64,000 nt of DNA from Balneolaceae bacterium (lineage in GTDB: Bacteria > Bacteroidota > Rhodothermia > Balneolales > Balneolaceae), in the NCBI GenBank assembly GCA_007118695.1, contig SKRC01000085.1, positions 14,693 through 78,692 on the forward strand, in the 5' to 3' direction. Positions 26,486-35,443 of this stretch are shown here, piece after piece; positions within the stretch are counted from its first letter, which is position 1; each line of letters begins with the position of its first letter. A program made the translations under genes and the position numbers. The notes below the pieces were generated by a model. That model saw only the letters and a list, made by a program, of their open reading frames with translations, searched no databases and was not told where the DNA came from.

Positions 26486-26912
26486 CTCTTGCCATGTGGT
26501 CGTAAATCATTACAAGGATGGCCATTACAGCAATGCCGATCCCGATTTCAATTACAAGAATTCCATAATACCGCAGTTCAGCCGGACTCAGGTCGCCCGG
26601 AAAAGGAAGTGCTTCATAGTCCAGAAAATAGCCGCCGTATAAAACAGCCACAAAACCGGCGAGAAAATAGACTATCACCCCGATGGCAGCCAACGGTGTT
26701 GTGAAAAATTCCCGGATTTGAAGCCGTGAGATAATTCGTCCCCCGGATATGCGGATCAGAATTATTGAAGATGCCAGGAGCGCCCCGCCCTGGAAACCAC
26801 CGCCGGGACTGTAGTGCCCGTGAAAAATCACATAGATACCAAACAGCATGATGTACGGGCTCAGCAGCCTCGCTCCCAAAAGTACGATCGGACTTTCAAA
26901 CTGTTCTCTCAT
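26469..26912 (-). CDS. mrpB: MnhB/MrpB-domain subunit
   Basis: 147 aa. FHGHYSPGGGFQGGA is the signature of the MnhB domain. Confidence 0.8.
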   Translation of the reverse strand: MREQFESPIVLLGARLLSPYIMLFGIYVIFHGHYSPGGGFQGGALLASSIILIRISGGRIISRLQIREFFTTPLAAIGVIVYFLAGFVAVLYGGYFLDYEALPFPGDLSPAELRYYGILVIEIGIGIAVMAILVMIYDHMARGEDYV

Positions 26913-27208
26913 ACCGGACGAAATTTTCTTAAAATGAGCAGGCAGATCAAACCGGCAGCAAAAACAACCACCTGTTCGCCAAACGTATCAATACTTCTGT
27001 AGTCGCCCAGGACAACCGTTACCATGTTGGGGGTATTGGCATCGTTGTAGGCTTCGCGGATAAAATAGCTTCCGGCAACTACGGTATCGGTGATGCTTCT
27101 TTCTTGATGCATCCGGTTGTCGGGGTCGGCCCTGTCGGGCAGTCCCATCGATCCGTAGATCATCAACCCTGCAAACGCAGCCAGTATGAGTATTTTAGCG
27201 TATTTCAA
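26909..27208 (-). CDS. MnhB-related small subunit (MbhE-like)
   Basis: 99 aa with an N-terminal TM helix, then VTVVLGDYRSIDTFGEQVVVF, which resembles the DYRGxDTxGE motif of MnhB-related proteins. Confidence 0.6.
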   Translation of the reverse strand: MKYAKILILAAFAGLMIYGSMGLPDRADPDNRMHQERSITDTVVAGSYFIREAYNDANTPNMVTVVLGDYRSIDTFGEQVVVFAAGLICLLILRKFRPV

Positions 27209-27280
27209 AGTTCAGTTCGTTGTTTGTTTCATTGAAGTTTGCTCATCATTAAACGTATGGATGAGAGGCGTGGCCGGTTG

Positions 27281-27526
27281 TTAATCATTGGTTTTAATCG
27301 TCGTTTGATAAAGTGCGACTATAAATAGAATTCCGGTAACACCCGCCCCGATCACGGCTTCTGTAAACCCCACATCAATCCCGCCCATGGCTGTAAACAT
27401 CAGGGCCATGGTAAAGCTGAAGATCGTCAGGGTAACCACGGCAATCAGCAGGTCTTTCGCTTCAAGTGCGACAATGGCCGTAAGAATCAGAAACAGAAAA
27501 AGAACCAGTTCAACTTCCCAGATCAT
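27281..27526 (-). CDS. DUF4040-like small membrane subunit (MbhD-like)
   Basis: 81 aa, 3 TM (LILTAIVALEAKDLLIAVV ... TEAVIGAGVTGILF), in the position and with the pattern of the DUF4040 piece that sits between the MrpG and MrpB parts in Mbh-type clusters. Confidence 0.6.
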   Translation of the reverse strand: MIWEVELVLFLFLILTAIVALEAKDLLIAVVTLTIFSFTMALMFTAMGGIDVGFTEAVIGAGVTGILFIVALYQTTIKTND

Positions 27527-27870
27527 GGCTCAACCTCCTGTGTTTCGGAATTGTTATTCGGTTGTTCCGGGCCGTTCAGTATCGGTTTTATACCGCGTAC
27601 ATATGCAGCCCTGGCAAGGGCGTGTGTTCCAATCGGGTTGGAAAGCATCACAAAGACCACAATCAGGGTAAGTTTCACACTGTTTATCGTAAAACCTTCA
27701 AAGACAATGAGCCCAAGAATGACCAGCATGATGCCAAGCGTATCCGATTTGCTCACTGCATGTGTTCGCGAGTAAAAATCGGGCAGGGTAATAACACCCA
27801 TGCTCCCCACAAACATGAAGAAAATGCCGGCCACAATCAGTATGATGCTTAAAATGCTCTGGATTTCCAT
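27523..27870 (-). CDS. mrpG: Monovalent cation/H+ antiporter subunit G
   Basis: 115 aa. GSMGVITLPDFYSRTHAVSKSDTLG is the MnhG/PhaG signature. Confidence 0.8.
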   Translation of the reverse strand: MEIQSILSIILIVAGIFFMFVGSMGVITLPDFYSRTHAVSKSDTLGIMLVILGLIVFEGFTINSVKLTLIVVFVMLSNPIGTHALARAAYVRGIKPILNGPEQPNNNSETQEVEP

Positions 27871-28142
27871 TATTGGTCGTCAATCCGTTTTGTGGTTACA
27901 AATTTGGCAATGGTTAAAATTCCAATAAATCCGAGAATCGCATATGCAAGCGTGATGTCAATAAACATATCGATCCGGCCGTAGATGTATCCCAGTAATG
28001 TAATCAGCACAATCGTTTTGGCGGCAATGGCATTGGTACCCATCAGCCGGTCATATATGGTAGGCCCCTGGACAACCCGTATAAGCGGGATGGCGATAAT
28101 AATTGCCAGAACAACGGTGCTGTATAGAAAAAACTGGGTCAT
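27870..28142 (-). CDS. mrpF: Monovalent cation/H+ antiporter subunit F
   Basis: 90 aa. IRVVQGPTIYDRLMGTNAI matches the MrpF motif R..GP...DR..A. Confidence 0.8.
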   Translation of the reverse strand: MTQFFLYSTVVLAIIIAIPLIRVVQGPTIYDRLMGTNAIAAKTIVLITLLGYIYGRIDMFIDITLAYAILGFIGILTIAKFVTTKRIDDQ

Positions 28143-28705
28143 CTTTGTTTGATCTGATCTTCTTTGTTGATGATTTCAATGTCATGAATCACCGGTCGCT
28201 CTTCATTGGAAAAGAGTTTGAAAACTTTTTTGGGCATGGTGTCGCTGGTAATGCCCTGGTATGATTTGGGCGTGAGTGCGTGGACGATGAACTCATTGCC
28301 GGTTATTTTTATCGTAAGTGTTCCCGGGGTAAGCGTAATGGAATTGCCCAGAATCATACGGGCGTGTGCACTTGGCAAGTTTACTTTGAATTTTATGATA
28401 TAGGTCTCGACCTGCCTCCAGGGGAACAGGATGACTGCTGCAACGTGCAAGCCGGCAAGTACAATTTCTTTCAACAACCAGAGGACATAAAAGGGCACAT
28501 AGTAAAAACGAAGTTCTCGCAGATCATCCATCTCATCGTCGAAGAACTTGTGCAGCTTGAGCTTGTGATTTACTGCTATTACAATGGCGACACTGATCAC
28601 ACCCTGCGTAATCTGCATCGGCTTATAAATACCGCTCATGATGAGCCAAAATGCCATTAGAGCAATAAACGATAAAAAGAGGTTTAAAATGGATAACTGC
28701 TTCAT
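28139..28705 (-). CDS. mrpE: Monovalent cation/H+ antiporter subunit E-like, first gene of the operon
   Basis: 188 aa with N-terminal TM helices (ALMAFWLIMSG) and a C-terminal soluble part. The assignment rests mainly on size, topology and position ahead of F-G. Confidence 0.65.
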   Translation of the reverse strand: MKQLSILNLFLSFIALMAFWLIMSGIYKPMQITQGVISVAIVIAVNHKLKLHKFFDDEMDDLRELRFYYVPFYVLWLLKEIVLAGLHVAAVILFPWRQVETYIIKFKVNLPSAHARMILGNSITLTPGTLTIKITGNEFIVHALTPKSYQGITSDTMPKKVFKLFSNEERPVIHDIEIINKEDQIKQR

Positions 28706-29332
28706 CTGCAGTATTACAGGTTAGTGTAGTTTCAAATTGCCCGCTAAAAAATCTGCCCAAACATAAAAAAGTATAGTCTATACAGTAAAGCTTTATTTTA
28801 CTTGTGGAGATTTAAGAGAGCCAAAGATAATAAACGAGTTACATCAGTTTCCATATTTATTTGGGAATATTCTGCAAATTACTCTAACCCGCTTTTTCAC
28901 CAAGCTCATTCTTTGTACGCGAAACGAAATCTTTCCCTCAGCAAAGCGAAGCTAAAATACGTCAGGTTTTTCTGGTGTGGCCGGATTACAGTAAAAAAGT
29001 CCCTTATGCAGTCGAGGGATTTCACATTAAAAATATGGCTTCAGCCTTCTCGCCATTCTGAATGATGTAGTTCGGGGTGTGAGAGGGGACTAATTTCGCA
29101 GCGCTGGACAAATTGTTGTTAAATATTTTAGCGTAATTTGAGAAATCTTACCGGTATACAAGTGGTTAAACTATTCAAAATATTAACTGTGAATAATGCA
29201 GGTTAGAAAAGATAGCCAATTCAGGGTCTTTTGAGTTTATGTTGAAAGAGTTTTTTGTATCTTTGCCATCTCTGAATTTTTGGCTACCTTTTTAGCCGAT
29301 TTTTTATGCGCCAAAACTAATTAACCAACTGG
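28706..29332. promoter_or_regulatory. AT-rich divergent control region between mrpE and nuoL
   Basis: 627 nt with no convincing ORF. It contains a perfect 6+1+6 palindrome, gtatagtctatac (28771-28783), 66 nt upstream of mrpE. It also contains TATCTTTG (29258-29265), 68 nt upstream of the nuoL ATG, matching the TAnnTTTG -7 consensus of Bacteroides-type sigma-A promoters. No clean -33 TTTG sits at canonical spacing. Confidence 0.35.
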
Positions 29333-31354
29333 ATGGATTTACCCACAGCGCTAATTTGTTTGATTATTGGTCTTCCATTGGCCGGCTTTTTGATCAATGG
29401 GATACTGGGCCTGGCCTCTGAAGAATATAGAGAGCGTAAAACCCTGATTGGAACACTCTCTACTGCCGCGGTCTTTATTCCATTTTTCATTTCCTGCTAC
29501 CTTTTTCTTGTCACCTCTTCGGACGCCTCGGCCGTAGTCGTTACACTGTTTACCTGGATTGATGTCGGGACACTTACGGTCGATATTGCCTACCGGATCG
29601 ATCAGCTCTCGCTGGTAATGGCCCTGGTTGTTACGGGTGTCGGCGCCTTTATCCATCTCTATTCCATGGGATACATGGCGCATGATGAAGGCTACTGGAA
29701 GTTTTTCGCCTACCTGAATCTGTTTATTTTTGCCATGCTCAACCTGGTGCTCGGCAACAACTTGCTGCTGTTGTTTCTCGGTTGGGAAGGGGTAGGGCTG
29801 TGTTCCTATCTTCTCATCGGGTTCTGGTATACCGACATGGCAAAATCGGTTGCCGCCAAGAAAGCCTTTATTTATAACCGGGTGGGTGATTTTGCCTTTT
29901 TGGTCGCCATGTTCATGGTCTTTCAAACCGTGGGAAGCCTGGATTTTGATGTAATCCTCGGCAATCTCGAGGCGTTCTCCAGTGAATACTTGTTTTGGAT
30001 TGGCCTGCTGATGTTTATCGGGGCCACCGGAAAAAGCGCCCAGATCCCGTTGTTTGTCTGGCTTCCTGATGCGATGGCAGGCCCGACTCCGGTATCGGCA
30101 TTGATTCATGCGGCGACGATGGTAACCTCGGGGATCTACCTGATCACCCGGCTGTCGGATATGTTTGTGCTGACCCCGGAGGTGATGCTGATAATAGCTG
30201 TGATCGGTGGATTGACCGCAATTGTCGCGGCAACCATTGCCATCACGCAAAACGATATCAAGCGTGTACTGGCCTATTCAACCGTCTCCCAGCTGGGGTA
30301 CATGTTTCTGGCTCTCGGAGCAGGTGGATTTACCGCTGCGATGTTCCACCTGGTGACCCACGCCTTCTTCAAAGCGTGCCTCTTCCTCGGTTCCGGCTCG
30401 GTTATCCATACAATGGAACATGTGGAACACGGGTTGCACAAGGAGGGGAAAGATGTCCATTTCGATCCCCAGGACATGCGTTTCATGGGAGGCCTGAAAG
30501 AGTACATGCCTTCCACCTATAAAACTTTTTTGATTGCCACCATTGCCATTGCCGGTATTCCTCCCCTGGCCGGTTTCTTTTCCAAGGATGAAATTTTGAT
30601 GCATGCATTCAGCGCCGGACTGGGTGAATACGCCGGCGCCATGTACTTTATATTATGGGGGGTGGGCATAGTAACTGCATTTTTGACTGCATTCTACATG
30701 TTCCGCCTGACATTTGCCACTTTCCACGGTTCATTCAAGCTGCCGGAAAAGCTGCCTGAAGCGGCCGGTGCCGAACGACATCTGCATGAGAGTCCGTCGA
30801 ATATGACGATTCCATTGTGGGTCCTCGCGGTTGCATCCATTGTGGGAGGGTTCATTGGGATACCCAATTTTATAGTAGAGACATTTACGGGGCAGCCGGC
30901 TAATGTTAACCTCCTGCACCAGTGGCTCGAGCCGATTGCCGCAGACTACCCGATTGTGATGGGCAAGGCACTCGAATGGGTGTTGATGGCCCTGGCTGTT
31001 GCCATTGCTGCCACTGCCGTTTATGTGGCATTTAAGATGTACGGGCATGGCCAGCAGGATGAGTCGGATGCCAAACTTGCACAACGCTTTGGTGGCCTTT
31101 ACCAGGTCTGGAAAGAGAAATATAACCTGGATGAGTTTTATGAAGGTTTGGTTATCAACCCGACAGTCCGTTTTTCCGAGCGTGTACTGGCGGTATTCGA
31201 TATGAAAGTAGTGGATGGAACCGTCAATGGTGTTGCCGGCACGGTCCGGCTCTTTGGCAGTCTCTTCCGGTACATCCAGAGTGGGGTTGTATCAAATTAC
31301 GCACTGTTCCTGGTAATCGGGGTCATTCTCGTGCTTTGGATGGTGGTCTTTTAA
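29333..31354 (+). CDS. nuoL: NADH-quinone oxidoreductase subunit L
   Basis: 673 aa with GWEGVGLCSYLLIGFW, PLFVWLPDAMAGPTPVSALIHAATMVTSG and HAFFKACLFLGSGSVIH blocks, plus the long C-terminal lateral-helix region. Confidence 0.9.
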   Translation: MDLPTALICLIIGLPLAGFLINGILGLASEEYRERKTLIGTLSTAAVFIPFFISCYLFLVTSSDASAVVVTLFTWIDVGTLTVDIAYRIDQLSLVMALVVTGVGAFIHLYSMGYMAHDEGYWKFFAYLNLFIFAMLNLVLGNNLLLLFLGWEGVGLCSYLLIGFWYTDMAKSVAAKKAFIYNRVGDFAFLVAMFMVFQTVGSLDFDVILGNLEAFSSEYLFWIGLLMFIGATGKSAQIPLFVWLPDAMAGPTPVSALIHAATMVTSGIYLITRLSDMFVLTPEVMLIIAVIGGLTAIVAATIAITQNDIKRVLAYSTVSQLGYMFLALGAGGFTAAMFHLVTHAFFKACLFLGSGSVIHTMEHVEHGLHKEGKDVHFDPQDMRFMGGLKEYMPSTYKTFLIATIAIAGIPPLAGFFSKDEILMHAFSAGLGEYAGAMYFILWGVGIVTAFLTAFYMFRLTFATFHGSFKLPEKLPEAAGAERHLHESPSNMTIPLWVLAVASIVGGFIGIPNFIVETFTGQPANVNLLHQWLEPIAADYPIVMGKALEWVLMALAVAIAATAVYVAFKMYGHGQQDESDAKLAQRFGGLYQVWKEKYNLDEFYEGLVINPTVRFSERVLAVFDMKVVDGTVNGVAGTVRLFGSLFRYIQSGVVSNYALFLVIGVILVLWMVVF

Positions 31355-31437
31355 TTGGGAGAGTCGATTCGTCAGAATATGCCGGCTGAATGGCCGCCAG
31401 GATCTCCCGGATGGATATAAAGTTTTTATAAAAAGCA

Positions 31438-33069
31438 ATGGACATACTACTAAACATCACAATATATCTTCCTCTGCTGGCAATTGCGGCCGTGATATTG
31501 GTGCGTACCGATCAGGCTGTGAAATGGGTGAGCCTGGCCGCCACGTCCGTTACGTTTTTCCTCTCCCTGCTGCTGATTTTTAATTTTGATACAGCCAATT
31601 CCCATATCCTGCAATTTGTCACGGAAGGCCCCGAGATTATACCGGGTTATGATATTAAATACCTGGTAGGGCTTGACGGGTTGAACCTGCTGCTTTTTAT
31701 GCTCACCACCCTGTTCGGGCCGATCGCCATCCTCTCCTCCTGGAACTCGGTGACCAAGCATTTGAAAGGATATTATTCCATGCTTCTGTTGTTGCAGACA
31801 GCATCCCTTGGGGTTTTTGCCGCTCTCGATCTGATCGTCTTCTATGTATTTTTTGAACTTTCACTGATCCCGATGTATTTCCTGATCGGTATCTGGGGCG
31901 GGGCAGAAAGAATCATGGCGACGATCAAGTTTTTTATCTACACGCTGGCCGGATCACTGATCATGCTGGTGGCATTGATCTACCTCGGCTTTCATGCCGG
32001 AGGTGTGCATGCCGAGTATATCTTCACCGCTGACTGGCGGTTTATTTCAAGCCCGGAGTATCAGATCGGATTGGTCGAGCAGACCTACATGTTCCTGGCA
32101 TTTGCCCTGGCATTTTGCATCAAGGTACCGCTATTTCCGTTTCATACCTGGCTGCCGCATGCCCATACCGAGGCACCAACGGCCGGTTCGGTTATCCTGG
32201 CCGCAATCATGCTGAAAATGGGGACCTATGGCCTGGTCCGGGTCTGTATGCCGGTATTCCCCAATGCATTCATGGAATTTGCATCCTGGTTTGCAATACT
32301 GGCGATTATAGGCATTATCTATGGCGCCCTGGTGGCCATGGTTCAAAAAGATGTCAAAAAGCTTGTGGCCTACTCCTCGGTCAGCCACCTTGGGTTTGTA
32401 GTACTTGGGATCTTTGCCCTGAACACTGTTGCCGTGCAGGGGGCTGTGATTCAGATGATCAATCACGGACTGTCTACAGGGGCTCTCTTCCTGTTGGTTG
32501 GGATGATCTATGACCGGCGCCACACGCGAATGATCAAGGATTTTGGCGGCATAGCCAAAGTCGTTCCGGTCTTTGCCGTTTTCTTTCTGATCACAACACT
32601 CGCCTCCATCGGGTTGCCGGGGTTGAATGGATTTATCGGAGAGTTTTTGATTTTGACCGGGGCATTCTTTTCCGAGTTGTACGATAATAGTATCTATGCT
32701 GTTCTCTCAGCGCTTGGGGTTATACTGGCGGCAGTTTACATGCTCTGGATGTACGAGAGGGTTATGCTGGGCTCCATCACCAACGATGAAAACAAGAAGA
32801 TGAAAGACCTGAACTTCAGGGAGATAGGGTTGCTTGTTCCCCTGGTGCTGTTCATGGTTTGGATTGGCATCCGGTCGGAAGATTTTACCCGCTATTCGGA
32901 AGTTTGGGTTGACAATTTTATTGATGTGACTGAAACAAAGAGTGTGGCTGTTCTGAAGGAAGCACAGAAAGATGATCTTCCCGGATGGACGGCAGCGTTT
33001 TATAACCTGGACGAAGAGTCGGATGAACTGGAAGTTGAATTGGTACAAATACAAGGAGGGCTCAAATGA
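31438..33069 (+). CDS. nuoM: NADH-quinone oxidoreductase subunit M
   Basis: 543 aa with FFELSLIPMYFLIGIWGG, PFHTWLPHAHTEAPTAGSVILAAIMLKMGTYG and NHGLSTGALFLLVG blocks. It ends in an acidic hydrophilic tail of about 65 aa. Confidence 0.9.
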   Translation: MDILLNITIYLPLLAIAAVILVRTDQAVKWVSLAATSVTFFLSLLLIFNFDTANSHILQFVTEGPEIIPGYDIKYLVGLDGLNLLLFMLTTLFGPIAILSSWNSVTKHLKGYYSMLLLLQTASLGVFAALDLIVFYVFFELSLIPMYFLIGIWGGAERIMATIKFFIYTLAGSLIMLVALIYLGFHAGGVHAEYIFTADWRFISSPEYQIGLVEQTYMFLAFALAFCIKVPLFPFHTWLPHAHTEAPTAGSVILAAIMLKMGTYGLVRVCMPVFPNAFMEFASWFAILAIIGIIYGALVAMVQKDVKKLVAYSSVSHLGFVVLGIFALNTVAVQGAVIQMINHGLSTGALFLLVGMIYDRRHTRMIKDFGGIAKVVPVFAVFFLITTLASIGLPGLNGFIGEFLILTGAFFSELYDNSIYAVLSALGVILAAVYMLWMYERVMLGSITNDENKKMKDLNFREIGLLVPLVLFMVWIGIRSEDFTRYSEVWVDNFIDVTETKSVAVLKEAQKDDLPGWTAAFYNLDEESDELEVELVQIQGGLK

Positions 33070-33359
33070 AGCCTCTAAGCGAAGATGAACTCAATCAGGT
33101 ACTTGCCGGAACGTTGACTGCCTGGAAATTCAAGGATGATAAAATCCACCGCAGCTTTACTTTCGGAAACTTCAGGGAAGCTGTGGCATTTATTGTCCGG
33201 ATCGGTTTTATCGCCGAAGATCAGATGCATCATCCCGAATTGTTCAATGTCTATAACAGGGTGAAAATTTCGCTTTGTACGCACGATGCAGATGACAAGG
33301 TAACCGAGAAAGATATCAAACTGGCAGAGGCGATCGAAGAGATCTACAAGAAAGACTAA
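33066..33359 (+). CDS. pcd: Pterin-4a-carbinolamine dehydratase (PCD/DCoH) embedded between nuoM and nuoN
   Basis: 97 aa. F.F.NF..A..F...I....E...HHPEL.NVYN.V.I.L.THD is the PCD signature. The ATGA overlaps the nuoM stop, and the gene's stop is 1 nt before the nuoN ATG. Confidence 0.85.
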   Translation: MKPLSEDELNQVLAGTLTAWKFKDDKIHRSFTFGNFREAVAFIVRIGFIAEDQMHHPELFNVYNRVKISLCTHDADDKVTEKDIKLAEAIEEIYKKD

Positions 33360-33360
33360 A

Positions 33361-34827
33361 ATGGACTACCTGTACGATTTAAATACGTTTATACCCGCAA
33401 CCATCGCCGCCGCCGCCGGGCTTGTTGTGCTCATGCAATCGGTGTACAAGGTGAAAATCAACACCATCTTTGGCGTTACGGTTTTTTCACTTGTTGTGGC
33501 ACTATTATTTGCACTCAGGGATCTGTTCGGCCCGGTTGGAACATCTTTTTATGATATGGTTGCCTACGGCGGGACGGCTGCTTTCGGCACTCTGCTGGTT
33601 ATCACCGGAACTCTGTTTTGTGTGTTGATTTCACGCGATTACCTGGAAGCCATCGATCATCATTATGGAGAAGTGTACGCCATGATCCTGTTTGCAACGA
33701 CCGGAATGGTGGGGCTTGCCGTATCAAACGATCTTATCATGCTATTTGTCGGCCTGGAAACCATGTCGATTTGTCTTTATGTATTGGCGGGATTGATCAA
33801 AGAAGAAAAAACCGGTGCTGAATCGGCATTGAAATACTTTCTTCTTGGGGCTTTTTCAACCGGTTTTCTGCTCTATGGTATTGCCCTGATCTATGGGGCA
33901 ACAGGATCCACGAACTATGCGGATATTACCGCCCTGACGGACATCAGTCCGCTTTTTATGGCGGGGTCTGCGCTGCTGCTGGTTGGATTTTTCTTTAAAA
34001 TCTCCGCTGTTCCTTTTCATATGTGGACACCCGATGTCTATCAGGGCACACCGACTACACTAACAGCCTATTTTGCCACTGCTTCGAAGGCGGCTACCTT
34101 TGTAGCACTAATTCTTGTGATGTCGCGCATGATGCCTGAAATAGAAGGGGTGGGATGGACGCAAGCGATTTCGGTTATCGCCATCATAACGATGATACTC
34201 GGCAACCTGATTGCCTTGGTGCAGGACAATGTAAAAAGGATGCTGGCCTATTCCAGTATCGCACATGCCGGTTATCTGCTGGTTGGCCTGGCTGCCGGTA
34301 CCGCCGATGGCTACACAGGCGTGCTCTATTACCTGTTTGCCTACACGGTGATGAACATCGGGGCTTTTGGTGTAATCGCCTTTTATGAACGCAATCAGGC
34401 CCTCGATTTCACAGATGTGAACAACTATGCCGGACTGGGTTATAAGCAGCCGGTAATGGCGGTCCTGTTATCCGTATTTTTGTTTTCGCTGGCCGGGATT
34501 CCGCCGTTTGTAGGATTTTTGGCCAAATATTATGTATTTGCCGCGGCCGTTAATGCCGGGCACATTACCCTTGCAGTGGTCGGGGTGTTGACGACCGCCG
34601 CCAGTGTGTATTACTACTTGCGGGTGATGGTCTTTATGTACTTCCGGGAGCCACATAAAGAATTTGACCTGGTTAACCCCGGTGCGATCTTCAAATATGC
34701 CCTGATCGTGCTCTGTGTATTGACGGTCTATTATGGTGTGGAGCCGGTGTTTCCGATGGGGAGTTTGATTGAACTGCTTACCTCTTATTATACGGAAACG
34801 GGGCCGGCAGGAATGGCAGGACCATAG
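33361..34827 (+). CDS. nuoN: NADH-quinone oxidoreductase subunit N
   Basis: 488 aa with LFVGLETMSICLYVLAG, PFHMWTPDVYQGTPT and AYSSIAHAGYLLVG blocks. Confidence 0.9.
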   Translation: MDYLYDLNTFIPATIAAAAGLVVLMQSVYKVKINTIFGVTVFSLVVALLFALRDLFGPVGTSFYDMVAYGGTAAFGTLLVITGTLFCVLISRDYLEAIDHHYGEVYAMILFATTGMVGLAVSNDLIMLFVGLETMSICLYVLAGLIKEEKTGAESALKYFLLGAFSTGFLLYGIALIYGATGSTNYADITALTDISPLFMAGSALLLVGFFFKISAVPFHMWTPDVYQGTPTTLTAYFATASKAATFVALILVMSRMMPEIEGVGWTQAISVIAIITMILGNLIALVQDNVKRMLAYSSIAHAGYLLVGLAAGTADGYTGVLYYLFAYTVMNIGAFGVIAFYERNQALDFTDVNNYAGLGYKQPVMAVLLSVFLFSLAGIPPFVGFLAKYYVFAAAVNAGHITLAVVGVLTTAASVYYYLRVMVFMYFREPHKEFDLVNPGAIFKYALIVLCVLTVYYGVEPVFPMGSLIELLTSYYTETGPAGMAGP

Positions 34828-35042
34828 TCTGGGAATCCCGGCATGGAATCCTCTTGGAGTTCTTGCTTCTATTTAAGCTCTTGAATCTTTACCTGTAGGG
34901 GACAAAAAAGGTTTCGGCTTTTTAGTGGTTGCATTGCTTCCTTGGCCGGAAATGCCTAACTTACAAAACTCTGTTGCCGGCGATACGACTCCGTAATTGA
35001 TCGGCGACTGTTTCACTAAAGAAACAACCTAAGAAACCAAGT

Positions 35043-35426
35043 ATGAAAAAATTTTTTTACGAGTTAACGTATATCATAGACCCTGTCCTTGAAGAGGATA
35101 AGTTCAAAGAGGCCGTCGATAAAGTAAACAAGCTTATCGAAGATAATGGCGGTGAAATTATTGAAATCGATGAATGGGGGATACGAAAACTGGCCTATGA
35201 AATGGATGGCAAAGGCAATGGATACTTTGTTAATCTGTATTTTGAAGCCCCGGCAGAAGCCATCGGCCCTATCGAACGAAATATCCGGATCAGTGATGAA
35301 TTTATGCGCTATCTCACCCTGAAGTATGATGCCAAAATGTTGAAGCATTATGACTTGAGGAAAAAAGGCGAAAAGCCGGCACTGATCGACGAAGTTGAAG
35401 AAGAGGAAGAGGAAACCGAAGACTAA
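35043..35426 (+). CDS. rpsF: 30S ribosomal protein S6
   Basis: YELTYIIDP ... [13 protein letters not shown] signature with an acidic C-terminal tail. Confidence 0.95.
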   Translation: MKKFFYELTYIIDPVLEEDKFKEAVDKVNKLIEDNGGEIIEIDEWGIRKLAYEMDGKGNGYFVNLYFEAPAEAIGPIERNIRISDEFMRYLTLKYDAKMLKHYDLRKKGEKPALIDEVEEEEEETED

Positions 35427-35443
35427 CAAAGGCATTTAGAACT

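Noticed and set aside
29351-30250. 299-aa minus-strand ORF inside nuoL
   Set aside because: It is antisense to nuoL and has a hydrophilic, Arg/Gln/His-rich composition typical of reverse-frame translation of membrane protein genes.
34930-35042. Possible S6:S18-binding rpsF leader RNA
   Set aside because: Such leaders exist in many bacteria, but I could identify only a short GCCG/CGGC stem here and could not match the motif confidently.
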